From assembly GCA_964247055.1 (NCBI GenBank), contig OZ176051.1, forward strand, positions 682,001 to 746,000: a stretch of 64,000 bases of DNA, written 5' to 3'. A model generated the notes under the pieces. It searched no databases. It was not told where the DNA came from and worked only from the letters and a program-made list of their open reading frames with translations. Source of the stretch: Paragordius varius. Taxonomy: Eukaryota; Animalia; Nematomorpha. Position 1 is the first letter of the stretch, and the number at the start of each line of letters is the position of its first letter. Below are positions 1-12,900 of the stretch, piece after piece. A program made the translations under genes and the position numbers.

Positions 1-199
1 AAATAATGTATTAAACTAGTCGCATCAATACTCAAGCTAAAACATTGTCCTTAAAAATCGGATATTGATCACCGGTGAACAAAACTATTTTTTATACCGT
101 CTCTTAGTAAGACTACATCAAAATATAGAGATAGTTTGACAAACTCTTTCATATCCGATTTTTACAACGATACTTTAAAAATTAATGTATAAAACTAGT

Positions 200-390
200 C
201 GTATCAATAAATCGCATCAATACTCAAGTTAAACTTTCTCCTTAAAAATCGGATATTGGTCACCGGTGAACAAAATTATTTTTTATACATTCTCTTAGTA
301 AGACTACATCAAAATATAGAGATAGTTTGACAAACTCTTTCATATCCGATTTTTACAACGATACTTTAAAAATTAATGTATAAAACTAGT
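200..390 (+). repeat. Representative 191-bp monomer with a 13-bp insertion (cgtatcaataaat, 200-212) directly upstream of its paralogue cgcatcaatactc (213-225)
   Basis: The insertion starts at 200 and again at 391 (period 191). It matches the adjacent 13-mer at 9 of 13 positions. Confidence 0.95.
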
Positions 391-3300
391 CGTATCAATA
401 AATCGCATCAATACTCAAGTTAAACTTTCTCCTTAAAAATCGGATATTGGTCACCGGTGAACAAAATTATTTTTTATACATTCTCTTAGTAAGACTACAT
501 CAAAATATAGAGGTTTGACAAACTCTTTCATATCCGATTTTTACAACGATACTTTAAAAATTAATGTGTTAAACTAGTCGCATCAATACTCAAGTTAAAC
601 TTTGTCCTCAAAAATCAGATATTGGTCATAGGTGAACAAAATTATTTTTTATACATTCTCTTAGTAAGACTACATCAAAATATAGGGATAGTTTGATAAA
701 CTCTTTAATATCCAATTTTTACAACGATACTGTAAAAATTAATGTATAAAACTAGTCGCATCCATACTCAAGTTAAACTTTGTCCTTAAAAATCGAATAT
801 TGGTCACCGGTGAACAAAATTATTTTTTATACATTCTCTTAGTAAGACTACATCAAAATATAGAGATAGTTTGACAAACTCTTTCATATCCGTTTTTACA
901 ACGATACTTTAAAAATTAATGTGAACTAGTCGCATCAATACTCAAGTTAAACTTTGTCCTTAAAAATCGGATATTCGTCACCGGTGAACAAAATTATTTT
1001 TTATACATTCTCTTAGTAAGACTACATCAAAATATAGAGATAGTTTGGTAAACTGTTTCATATCCGATTTTTACAACGATACTTTAAAAATTAATGTATA
1101 AAACTAGTCGCATCAATACTCAAGTTAAACTTTGTCCTTAAAAATCGAATATTGGTCACCGGTGAACAAAATTATTTTTTATACATTCTCTTAGTAAGAC
1201 TACATCAAAATATAGAGATAGTTTGACAAACTCTTTCATATACGATTTTTACAACGATACTTTAAAAATTAATGTGTTAAACTAGTCGCATCAATACTCA
1301 AGTTAAACTTTGTCCTTAAAAATCAGATATTGGTCACCGGTGAACAAATTTTTTATACATTCTCTTAGTAAGACTACATCAAAATATAGAGATAGTTTGA
1401 CAAACTCTTTCATATCCGATTTTTACAAGGATACTTTAAAAATTATGGTATTAAACCAGTCGCATCAATACTCAAGTTAAACTTTGTCCTTAAAAATCGG
1501 ATATTGGTCACGGTGAACAAAATTATTTTTTATACATTCTCTTAGTAAGACTACATCAAAATATAGAGATAATTTGGCAAACTGTTTCATATCCGATTTT
1601 TACAACGATACTTTAAAAATTAATGTATAAAATTAGTCGCATCAATACTCAAATTAAACTCTGTCCTTAAAAATCGAATATTGGTCACCGGTGAACAAAA
1701 TTATTTTTTATATATTCTCTTAGTAAGACTACATCAAAATATAGAAATAGTTTGACAAACTCTTTCATATCCGATTTTTACAACGATACTTTAAAAATTA
1801 ATGTATTAAACTAGTCGCATCAATACTCAAGCTAAAACATTGTCCTTAAAAATCGGATATTGGTCACCGGTGAACAAAACTATTTTTTATACCGTATCTT
1901 AGTAAGACTACATCAAAATATAGAGATAGTTTGACAAACTCTTTCATATCCGATTTTTACAACGATACTTTAAAAATTAATGTATAAAACTAGTCGTATC
2001 AATAAATCGCATCAATACTCAAGTTAAACTTTCTCCTTAAAAATCGGATATTGGTCACCGGTGAACAAAATTATTTTTTATACATTCTCTTAGTAAGACT
2101 ACATCAAAATATAGAGATAGTTTGACAAACTCTTTCATATCCGATTTTTACAAGGATACTTTAAAAATTATGGTATTAAACCAGTCGCATCAATACTCAA
2201 GTTAAACTTTGTCCTTAAAAATCGGATATTGGTCACGGTGAACAAAATTATTTTTTATACATTCTCTTAGTAAGACTACATCAAAATATAGAGATAATTT
2301 GGCAAACTGTTTCATATCCGATTTTTACAACGATACTTTAAAAATTAATGTATAAAATTAGTCGCATCAATACTCAAATTAAACTCTGTCCTTAAAAATC
2401 GAATATTGGTCACCGGTGAACAAAATTATTTTTTATACATTCTCTTAGTAAGACTACATCAAAATATAGAAATAGTTTGACAAACTCTTTCATATCCGAT
2501 TTTTACAACGATACTTTAAAAATTAATGTATTAAACTAGTCGCATCAATACTCAAGCTAAAACATTGTCCTTAAAAATCGGATATTGGTCACCGGTGAAC
2601 AAAACTATTTTTTATACCGTCTCTTAGTAAGACTACATCAAAATATAGAGATAGTTTGACAAACTCTTTCATATCCGATTTTTACAACGATACTTTAAAA
2701 ATTAATGTATAAAACTAGTCGTATCAATAAATCGCATCAATACTCAAGTTAAACTTTCTCCTTAAAAATCGGATATTGGTCACCGGTGAACAAAATTATT
2801 TTTTATACATTCTCTTAGTAAGACTACATCAAAATATAGAGATAGTTTGACAAACTCTTTCATATCCGATTTTTACAACGATACTTTAAAAATTAATGTG
2901 TTAAACTAGTCGCATCAATACTCAAGTTAAACTTTGTCCTCAAAAATCGGATATTGGTCACCGGTGAACAAAATTATTTTTATACATTCTCTTAGTAAGA
3001 CTACATCAAAATATAGAGATAGTTTGACAAACTCTTTCATATCCGATTTTTACAACGATACTTTAAAAATTATGGTATTAAACCAGTCGCATCAATACTC
3101 AAGTTAAACTTTGTCCTTAAAAATCGGATATTGGTCACCGGTGAACAAAATTATTTTTTATACATTCTCTTAGTAAGACTACATCAAAATATAGAGATAG
3201 TTTGACAAACTCTTTCATATCCGATTTTTACAACGATACTTTAAAAATTAATGTATAAAACTAGTCGTATCAATAAATCGCATCAATACTCAAGCTAAAC

Positions 3301-5262
3301 TTTCTCCTTAAAAATCGGATATTGGTCACCGGTGAACAAAATTATTTTTTATACATTCTCTTAGTAAGAGTACATCAAAATATAGAGATAGTTTGACAAA
3401 CTCTTTCATATCCGATTTTTACAACGATACTTTAAAAATTAATGTGTTAAACTAGTTGCATCAATACTCAAGTTAAACTTTGTCCTCAAAAATCAGATAT
3501 TGGTCATAGGTGAACAAAATTATTTTTTATACATTCTCTTAGTAAGACTACATCAAAATATAGAGATAGTTTGACAAACTCTTTCATATCCGATTTTTAC
3601 AACGATACTGTAAAAATTAATGTATAAAACTAGTCGCATCAATACTCAAGTTAAACTTTGTCCTTAAAAATCGAATATTGGTCACCGGTGAACAAAATTA
3701 TTTTTTATACATTCTCTTAATAAGACTACATCAAAATATAGAGATAGTTTGACAAACTCTTTCATATCCGATTTTTACAACGATACTTTAAAAATTAATG
3801 TGTTAAACTAGTCGCATCAATACTCAAGTTATACTTTGTCCTTAAAAATCTGATATTCGTCACCGGTGAACAAAATTATTTTTTATACATTCTCTTAGTA
3901 AGACTACATCAAAATATAGAGATAGTTTGACAAACTCTTTCATATCCGATTTTTACAACGATACTTTAAAAATTATGGTATTAAACCAGTCGCATCAATA
4001 CTCAAGTTAAGCTTTGTCCTTAAAAATCGGATATTGGTCATCGGTGAACAAAATTATTTTTTATACATTCTCTTAGTAAGACTACATCAAAATATAGAGA
4101 TAGTTTGACAAACTCTTTCATATCCGATTTTTACAACGATACTTTAAAAATTATGGTATTAAACCAGTCGCATCAATACTCAAGTTAAACTTTGTCCTTA
4201 AAAATCGGATATTGGTCACCGGTGAACAAAATTATTTTTTATACATTCTCTTAGTAAGACTACATCAAAATATAGAGATAATTTGACAAACTCTTTCATA
4301 TCCGATTTTTACAACGATACTTTAAAAATTAATGTATAAAACTAGGCGTATCAATTAATCGCATCAATACTCAAGTTAAACTTTGTCCTTAAAAATCGAA
4401 TATTGGTCACCGGTGAACAAAATTATTTTTTATACATTCTCTTAGTAAGACTACATCGAAATATAGAGATAGTTTGACAAACTCTTTCATATCCGATTTT
4501 TACAACGATACTTTAAAAATTAATGTGTTAAACTAGTCGCATCAATACTCAAGTTAAACTTTGTCCTTAAAAATCGGATATTGGTCACCGGTGAACAAAA
4601 TTATTTTTTATACATTCTCTTAGTAAGACTACATCAAAATATAGAGATAGTTTGACAAACTATTTCATATCCGATTTTTACAACGATACTTTAAAAATTA
4701 TGGTATTAAACCAGTCCGATCAATACTCAAGTTAAACTTTGTCCTTAAAAATCGGATATTGGTCACCGGTGAACAAAATTATTTTTTATACATTCTCTTA
4801 GTAAGACTACATCAAAATATAGAGATAGTTTGACAAACTCTTTCATATCCGATTTTTACAACGATACTTTAAAAATTAATGTATAAAACTAGTCGTATCA
4901 ATTAATCGCATGAATACTCAAGTTAAACTTTCTCCTTAAAAATCGGATATTGGTCACCGGTGAACAAAATTATTTTTTATACATTCTCTTAGTAAGACTA
5001 CATCAAAATATAGAGATAGTTTGACAAACTCTTTCATATCCGATTTTTACAACGATACTTTAAAAATTATGGTATTAAACCAGTCGCATCAATACTCAAG
5101 TTAAACTTTGTCCTTAAAAATCGGATATTGGTCACCGGTGAACAACATTATTTTTTATACATTCTCTTAGTAAGACTACATCAAAATATAGAGATAGTTT
5201 GACAAACTCTTTCATATCCGATTTTTACAACGATACTTTAAAAATTATGGTATTAAACCAGT

Positions 5263-5440
5263 CGCATCAATACTCAAGTTAAACTTTGTCCTTAAAAATC
5301 GGATATTGGTCACCGGTGAACAAAATTATTTTTTATACATTCTCTTAGTAAGACTACATCAAAATATAGAGATAGTTTGACAAACTCTTTCATATCCGAT
5401 TTTTACAACGATACTTTAAAAATTATGGTATTAAACCAGT
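5263..5440 (+). repeat. Representative consensus-like 178-bp monomer (junction class A: aattatggtattaaaccagt)
   Basis: Counted 178 nt with 51 G+C (28.7%). It carries AgeI ACCGGT, SgrAI CACCGGTG, BstEII GGTCACC and DraI TTTAAA sites, so a restriction ladder is expected. Confidence 0.97.
5293..5405. repeat. Intramonomer perfect 14-bp inverted repeat: taaaaatcggatat (5293-5306) and atatccgattttta (5392-5405), 85-bp spacer; present in most monomers
   Basis: The two arms are exact reverse complements, checked base by base. Confidence 0.95.
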
Positions 5441-8400
5441 CGCATCAATACTCAAGTTAAACTTTGTCCTTAAAAATCGGATATTGGTCACCGGTGAACA
5501 AAATTATTTTTTATACATTCTCTTAGTAAGACTACATCAAAATATAGAGATAATTTGACAAACTCTTTCATATCCGATTTTTACAACGATACTTTAAAAA
5601 TTAATGTATAAAACTAGGCGTATCAATTAATCGCATCAATACTCAAGTTAAACTTTGTCCTTAAAAATCGAATATTGGTCACCGGTGAACAAAATTATTT
5701 TTTATACATTCTCTTAGTAAGACTACATCAAAATATAGAGATAGTTTGACAAACTCTTTCATATCCGATTTTTACAACGATACTTTAAAAATTAATGTGT
5801 TAAACTAGTCGCATCAATACTCAAGTTAAACTTTGTGCTTAAAAATCGGATATTGGTCACCGGTGAACAAAATTATTTTTTATACATTCTCTTAGTAAGA
5901 CTACATCAAAATATAGAGATAGTTTGACAAACTCTTTCATATCCGATTTTTACAACGATACTTTAAAAATTATGGTATTAAACCAGTCCGATCAATACTC
6001 AAGTAAAACTTTGTCCTTAAAAATCGGATATTGGTCACCGGTGAACAAAATTATTTTTTATACATTCTCTTAGTAAGACTACATCAAAATATAGAGATAG
6101 TTTGACAAACTCTTTCATATCCGATTTTTACAACGATACTTTAAAAATTAATGTATAAAACTAGTCGTATCAATAAATCGCATGAATACTCAAGTTAAAC
6201 TTTCTCCTTAAAAATCGGATATTGGTCACCGGTGAACAAAATTATTTTTTATACATTCTCTTAGTAAGACTACATCAAAATATAGAGATAGTTTGACAAA
6301 CTCTTTCATATCCGATTTTTACAACGATACTTTAAAAATTATGGTATTAAACCAGTCGCATCAATACTCAAGTTAAACTTTGTCCATAAAAATCGGATAT
6401 TGGTCACCGGTGAACAACATTATTTTTTATACATTCTCTTAGTAAGACTACATCAAAATATAGAGATAGTTTGACAAACTCTTTCATATCCGATTTTTAC
6501 AACGATACTTTAAAAATTATGGTATTAAACCAGTCGCATCAATACTCAAGTTAAACTTTGTCCTTAAAAATCGGATATTGGTCACCGGTGAACAAAATTA
6601 TTTTTTATACATTCTCTTAGTAAGACTACATCAAAATATAGAGATAGTTTGACAAACTCTTTCATATCCGATTTTTACAACGATACTTTAAAAATTATGG
6701 TATTAAACCAGTCGCATCAATACACAAGTTAAACTTTTTCCTTAAAAATCGGATATTGGTCACCGGTGAACAAAATTATTTTCTATACATTCTCTTAGTA
6801 AGACTACATCAAAATATAGAGATAGTTTGACAAACTCTTTCATATCCGATTTTTACAACGATACTTTAAAAATTATGGTATTAAACCATATGCATCAATA
6901 CTCAAGTTAAATTTTGTCCTTAAAAATCGGATATTGGTCACCGGTGAACAAAATAATTTTTTATACATTCTCTTAGTAAGACTACATCAAAATATAGAGA
7001 TAATTTGACAAACTCTTTCATATCCGATTTTTACAACGATACTTTAAAAATTATGGTATTAAACCTGTCGCATCAATACTCAAGTTAAACTTTGTCGTTA
7101 AAAATCAGATATTGGTCACCGGTGAACAAAACTATTTTTTTTACATTCTCTTAGTAAGACTACATCAAAATATAGAGATAGTTTGACAAACTCTTTCATA
7201 TCCGATTTTTACAACGATACTTTAAAAATTATGGTATTAAACCAGTCGCATCAATACACAAGTTAAACTTTGTCCTTAAAAATCAGATATTGATCACCGG
7301 TGAACTAAATAATTTTTTATACATTCTCTTAGTAAGACTACATATAAAAATATAGAGATAGTTTGACAAACTCTTTCATATCCGATTTTTACAACGATAC
7401 TTTAAAAATTATGGTATTAAACCATATGCATCAATACTCAAGTTAAACTTTCTCCTTAAAAATCGGATATTGATCACCGGTGAACAAAATAATTTTTTAT
7501 ACATTCTCTTAGTAAGACTACATATAAAAATATAGAGATAGTTTGACAAACTCTTTCATATCCGATTTTTACAACGATACTTTAAAAATTATGGTATTAA
7601 ACCAGTCGCATCAATACTCAAGTTAAACTTTGTCGTTAAAAATCAGATATTGGTCACCGGTGAACAAAACTATTTTTTTTACATTCTCTTAGTAGGACTA
7701 CATCAAAATATAGAGATAGTTTGGCAAACTGTTTCATATCCGATTTTTACAACGATACTTTAAAAATTAATGTATAAAACTAGTCGTATCAATAAATCGC
7801 ATCAATACTCAAGTTAAACTTTCTCCTTAAAAATCGGATATTGATCACCGGTGAACAAAATAATTTTTTACACATTCTCTTAGTAAGACTACATATAAAA
7901 ATATAGAGATAGTTTGACAAACTCTTTCATATCCGATTTTTACAACGATACTTTAAAAATTATGGTATTAAACCATATGCATCAATACTCAAGTTAAACT
8001 TTGTCCTTAAAAATCGGATATTTATCACCGGTGAACAAAATTATTTTTTATACATTCTCTTAGTAAGACTACATCAAAATATAGAGATAGTTTGACAAAC
8101 TCTTTCATATCCGATTTTTACAAAGATACTTTAAAAATTATGGTATTAAACCAGTCGCATCAATACTCAAGTTAAACTTTGTCCTTAAAAATCGGATATT
8201 GGTCACCGGTGAACAAAACTATTTTTTTTACATTCTCTTAGTAAGACTACATCAAAATATAGAGATTATTTGACAAACTCTTTCATATCCGATTTTTACA
8301 ACGATACTTTAAAAATTAATGTATAAAACTAGTCGCATCAATACTCAAGTTAAATTGTCCTTAAAAATCGGATATTGGTCACCGGTGAACAAAATTATAT

Positions 8401-8859
8401 TTTATACATTCTCTTAGTAAGACTACATCAAAATATAGAGATAATTTGACAAACTCTTTCATATCCGATTTTTACAACGATAATTTAAAAATTAATGTAT
8501 AAAACTAGGCGTATCAATTAATCGCATCAATACTCAAGTTAAACTTTGTGCTTAAAAATCGAATATTGGTCACCGGTGAACAAAATTATTTTTTATACAT
8601 TCTCTTAGTAAGACTACATCAAAATATAGAAATAGTTTGACAAACTCTTTCATATCCGATTTTTGCAACGATACTTTAAAAATTAATGTATTAAAGTAGT
8701 CGCATCAATACTCAAGCTAAAACATTGTCCTTAAAAATCGGATATTGATCACCGGTGAACAAAATTATTTTTTATACATTCTCTTAGTAAGACTACACCA
8801 AAATATAGAGATAATTTGACAAACTCTTTCATATCCGATTTTTACAACGATACTTTTAA

Positions 8860-9908
8860 AATTAATGTATAAAACTAGGCGTATCAATTAATCGCATCAA
8901 TACTCAAGTTAAACTTTGTCCTTAAAAATCGGATATTGGTCACCGGTGAACAAAATTATTTTTTATACATTCTCTTAGTAGGACTACATCAAAATATAGA
9001 GATAGTTTCGCAAACTGTTTCATATCCAATTTTTACAACGATACTTTAAAAAATAATGTATAAAACTAGTCGCATCAATACTCAAGTTAAACTTTGTCCT
9101 TAAAAATCGGATATTGGTCACCGGTGAACAAAATTATTTTTTATACATTCTCTTAGTAAGACTACATCAAAATATAGAGATAATTTGACAAACTCTTTCA
9201 TATCCGATTTTTACAACGATACTTTAAAAATTAATGTATAAAACTAGGCGTATCAATTAATCGCATCAATACTCAAGTTAAACTTTGTCCTTAAAAATCG
9301 GATATTGGTCACCGGTGAACAAAATTATTTTTTATACATTCTCTTAGTAGGACTACATCAAAATATAGAGATAGTTTTGCAAACTGTTTCATATCCGATT
9401 TTTACAACGATACTTTAAAAATTAATGTATAAAACTAGGCGTATCAATTAATCGCATCAATACTCAAGTTAAACTTTGTCCTTAAAAATCGGATATTGGT
9501 CACCGGTGAACAAAATTATTTTTTATACATTCTCTTAGTAGGACTACATCAAAATATAGAGATAGTTTCGCAAACTGTTTCATATCCAATTTTTACAACG
9601 ATACTTTAAAAAATAATGTATAAAACTAGTCGCATCAATACTCAAGTTAAACTTTGTCCTTAAAAATCGGATATTGGTCACCGGTGAACAAAATTATTTT
9701 TTATACATTCTCTTAGTAAGACTACATCAAAATATAGAGATAATTTGACAAACTCTTTCATATCCGATTTTTACAACGATACTTTAAAAATTAATGTATA
9801 AAACTAGGCGTATCAATTAATCGCATCAATACTCAAGTTAAACTTTGTCCTTAAAAATCGGATATTGGTCACCGGTGAACAAAATTATTTTTTATACATT
9901 CTCTTAGT
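8860..9908 (+). repeat. Local trimer duplication, 560 bp, about 2 copies
   Basis: The gatagtttcgcaaactg variant occurs at 9001 and 9561, each followed by aaataatg. 178+2x191=560. Confidence 0.8.
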
Positions 9909-12900
9909 AAGACTACATCAAAATATAGAAATAGTTTGACAAACTCTTTCATATCCGATTTTTACAACGATACTTTAAAAATTAATGTATTAAACTAGTC
10001 GCATCAATACTCAAGCTAAAACATTGTCCTTAAAAATCGGATATTGATCACCGGTGAACAAAACTATTTTTTATACCGTCTCTTAGTAATACTACATCAA
10101 AATATAGAGATAGTTTGACAAACTCTTTCATATCCGATTTTTACAACGATACTTTAAAAATTAATGTATAAAACTAGTCGTATCAATAAATCGCATCAAT
10201 ACTCAAGTTAAACTTTCTCCTTAAAAATCGGATATTGGTCACCTTGAACAAAATTATTTTTTATACATTCTCTTAGTAAGACTACATCAAAATATAGAGA
10301 TAGTTTGACAAACTCTTTCATATCCGATTTTTACAACGATACTTTAAAAATTAATGTATAAAACTAGTCGTATCAATAAATCGCATCAATACTCAAGTTA
10401 AACTTTCTCCTTAAAAATCGGATATTGGTCACCGGTGAACAAAATAATTTTTTATACATTCTCTTAGTAAGACTACATCAAAATATAGAGGTTTGACAAA
10501 CTCTTTCATATCCGATTTTTACAACGATACTTTAAAAATTTATGTGTTAAACTAGTCGCATCAATACTCAAGTTAAACTTTGTCCTCAAAAACCAGATAT
10601 TGGTCATAGGTGAACAAAATTATTTTTTATACATTCTCTTAGTAAGACTACATCAAAATATAGAGATAGTTTGATAAACTCTTTAATATCCAATTTTTAC
10701 AACGATACTGTAAAAATTAATGTATAAAACTAGTCGCATCAATACTCAAGTTAAACTTTGTCCTTAAAAATCGAATATTGGTCACCGGTGAACAAAATTA
10801 TTTTTTATACATTCTCTTAGTAAGACTACATCAAAATATAGAGATAGTTTGACAAACTCTTTCATATCCGTTTTTACAACGATACTTTAAAAATTAATGT
10901 GTTAAACTAGTCGCATCAATACTCAAGTTATACTTTGTCCTTAAAAATCGGATATTCGTCACCGGTGAACAAAATTATTTTTTATACATTCTCTTAGTAA
11001 GACTACATCAAAATATAGAGATAGTTTGACAAACTCTTTCATATACGATTTTTACAACTATACTTTAAAAATTAATGTGTTAAACTAGTCGCATCAATAC
11101 TCAAGTTAAACTTTGTCCTTAAAAATCAGATATTGGTCACCGGTGAACAAAATTATTTTTTATACATTCTCTTAGTACGACTACATCAAAATATAGAGAT
11201 AGTTTGACAAACTCTTTCATATCCGATTTTTACAAGGATACTTTAAAAATTATGGTATTAAACCAGTCGCATCAATACTCAAGTTAAACTTTGTCCTTAA
11301 AAATCGGATATTGGTCACGGTGAACAAAATTATTTTTTATACATTCTCTTAGTAAGACTACATCAAAATATAGAGATAATTTGGCAAACTGTTTCATATC
11401 CGATTTTTACGATACTTTAAAAATTAATGTATAAAATTAGTCGCATCAATACTCAAATTAAACTCTGTCCTTAAAAATCGGATATTGGTCACCGGTGAAC
11501 AAAATTATTTTTTATACATTCTCTTAGTAAGACTACATCAAAATATAGAGGTTTGACAAACTCTTTCATATCCGATTTTTACAACGATACTTTAAAAATT
11601 AATGTGTTAAACTAGTCGCATCAATACTCAAGTTAAACTTTGTCCTCAAAAATCAGATATTGGTCATAGGTGAACAAAATTATTTTTTATACATTCTCTT
11701 AGTAAGACTACATCAAAATATAGAGATAGTTTGATAAACTCTTTAATATCCAATTTTTACAACGATACTGTAAAAATTAATGTATAAAACTAGTCGCATC
11801 AATACTCAAGTTAAACTTTGTCCTTAAAAATCGAATATTGGTCACCGGTGAACAAAATTATTTTTTATACATTCTCTTAGTAAGACTACATCAAAATATA
11901 GAGATAGTTTGACAAACTCTTTCATATCCGTTTTTACAACGATACTTTAAAAATTAATGTGTTAAACTAGTCGCATCAATACTCAAGTTATACTTTGTCC
12001 TTAAAAATCGGATATTCGTCACCGGTGAACAAAATTATTTTTTATACATTCTCTTAGTAAGACTACATCAAAATATAGAGATAGTTTGGCAAACTGTTTC
12101 ATATCCGATTTTTACAACGATACTTTAAAAATTAATGTATAAAACTAGTCGCATCAATACTCAAGTTAAACTCTGTCCTTAAAAATCGAATATTGGTCAC
12201 CGGTGAACAAAATTATTTTTTATACATTCTCTTAGTAAGACTACATCAAAATATAGAGATAGTTTGACAAACTCTTTCATATACGATTTTTACAACGATA
12301 CTTTAAAAATTAATGTGTTAAACTAGTCGCATCAATACTCAAGTTAAACTTTGTCCTTAAAAATCAGATATTGGTCACCGGTGAACAAAATTATTTTTTA
12401 TACATTCTCTTAGTAAGACTACATCAAAATATAGAGATAGTTTGACAAACTCTTTCATATCCGATTTTTACAAGGATACTTTAAAAATTATGGTATTAAA
12501 CCAGTCGCATCAATACTCAAGTTAAACTTTGTCCTTAAAAATCGGATATTGGTCACGGTGAACAAAATTATTTTTTATACATTCTCTTAGTAAGACTACA
12601 TCAAAATATAGAGATAATTTGGCAAACTGTTTCATATCCGATTTTTACAACGATACTTTAAAAATTAATGTATAAAATTAGTCGCATCAATACTCAAATT
12701 AAACTCTGTCCTTAAAAATCGAATATTGGTCACCGGTGAACAAAATTATTTTTTATACATTCTCTTAGTAAGACTACATCAAAATATAGAAATAGTTTGA
12801 CAAACTCTTTCATATCCGATTTTTACAACGATACTTTAAAAATTAATGTATTAAACTAGTCGCATCAATACTCAAGCTAAAACATTGTCCTTAAAAATCG

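Larger units (their letters stand above)
3950..6720 (+). repeat. Local 7-mer higher-order repeat, 1272 bp, about 2 copies
   Basis: Private variants recur at +1272: aggcg 4344/5616, ccgat 4716/5988, tgaat 4911/6183, aacat 5144/6416. 5x178+2x191=1272. Confidence 0.85.

Noticed and set aside
5041-5057. CENP-B-box-like motif on the minus strand (TATCGTTGTAAAAATCG versus YTTCGTTGGAARCGGGA)
   Set aside because: 10 of 17 positions match but only 4 of the 9 essential bases, and the CGGG half is missing. Not supportable as a functional box.
5310-5335. Intrinsic terminator-like hairpin followed by a T run
   Set aside because: The stem has no loop, the T run is separated from it, and there is no upstream gene or prokaryotic context.
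5294-5425. Helically phased A-tracts implying intrinsic curvature
   Set aside because: A/T tracts are present (centres near monomer positions 34, 62, 70, 101, 140, 158), but the spacings are not consistent multiples of about 10.5 bp.
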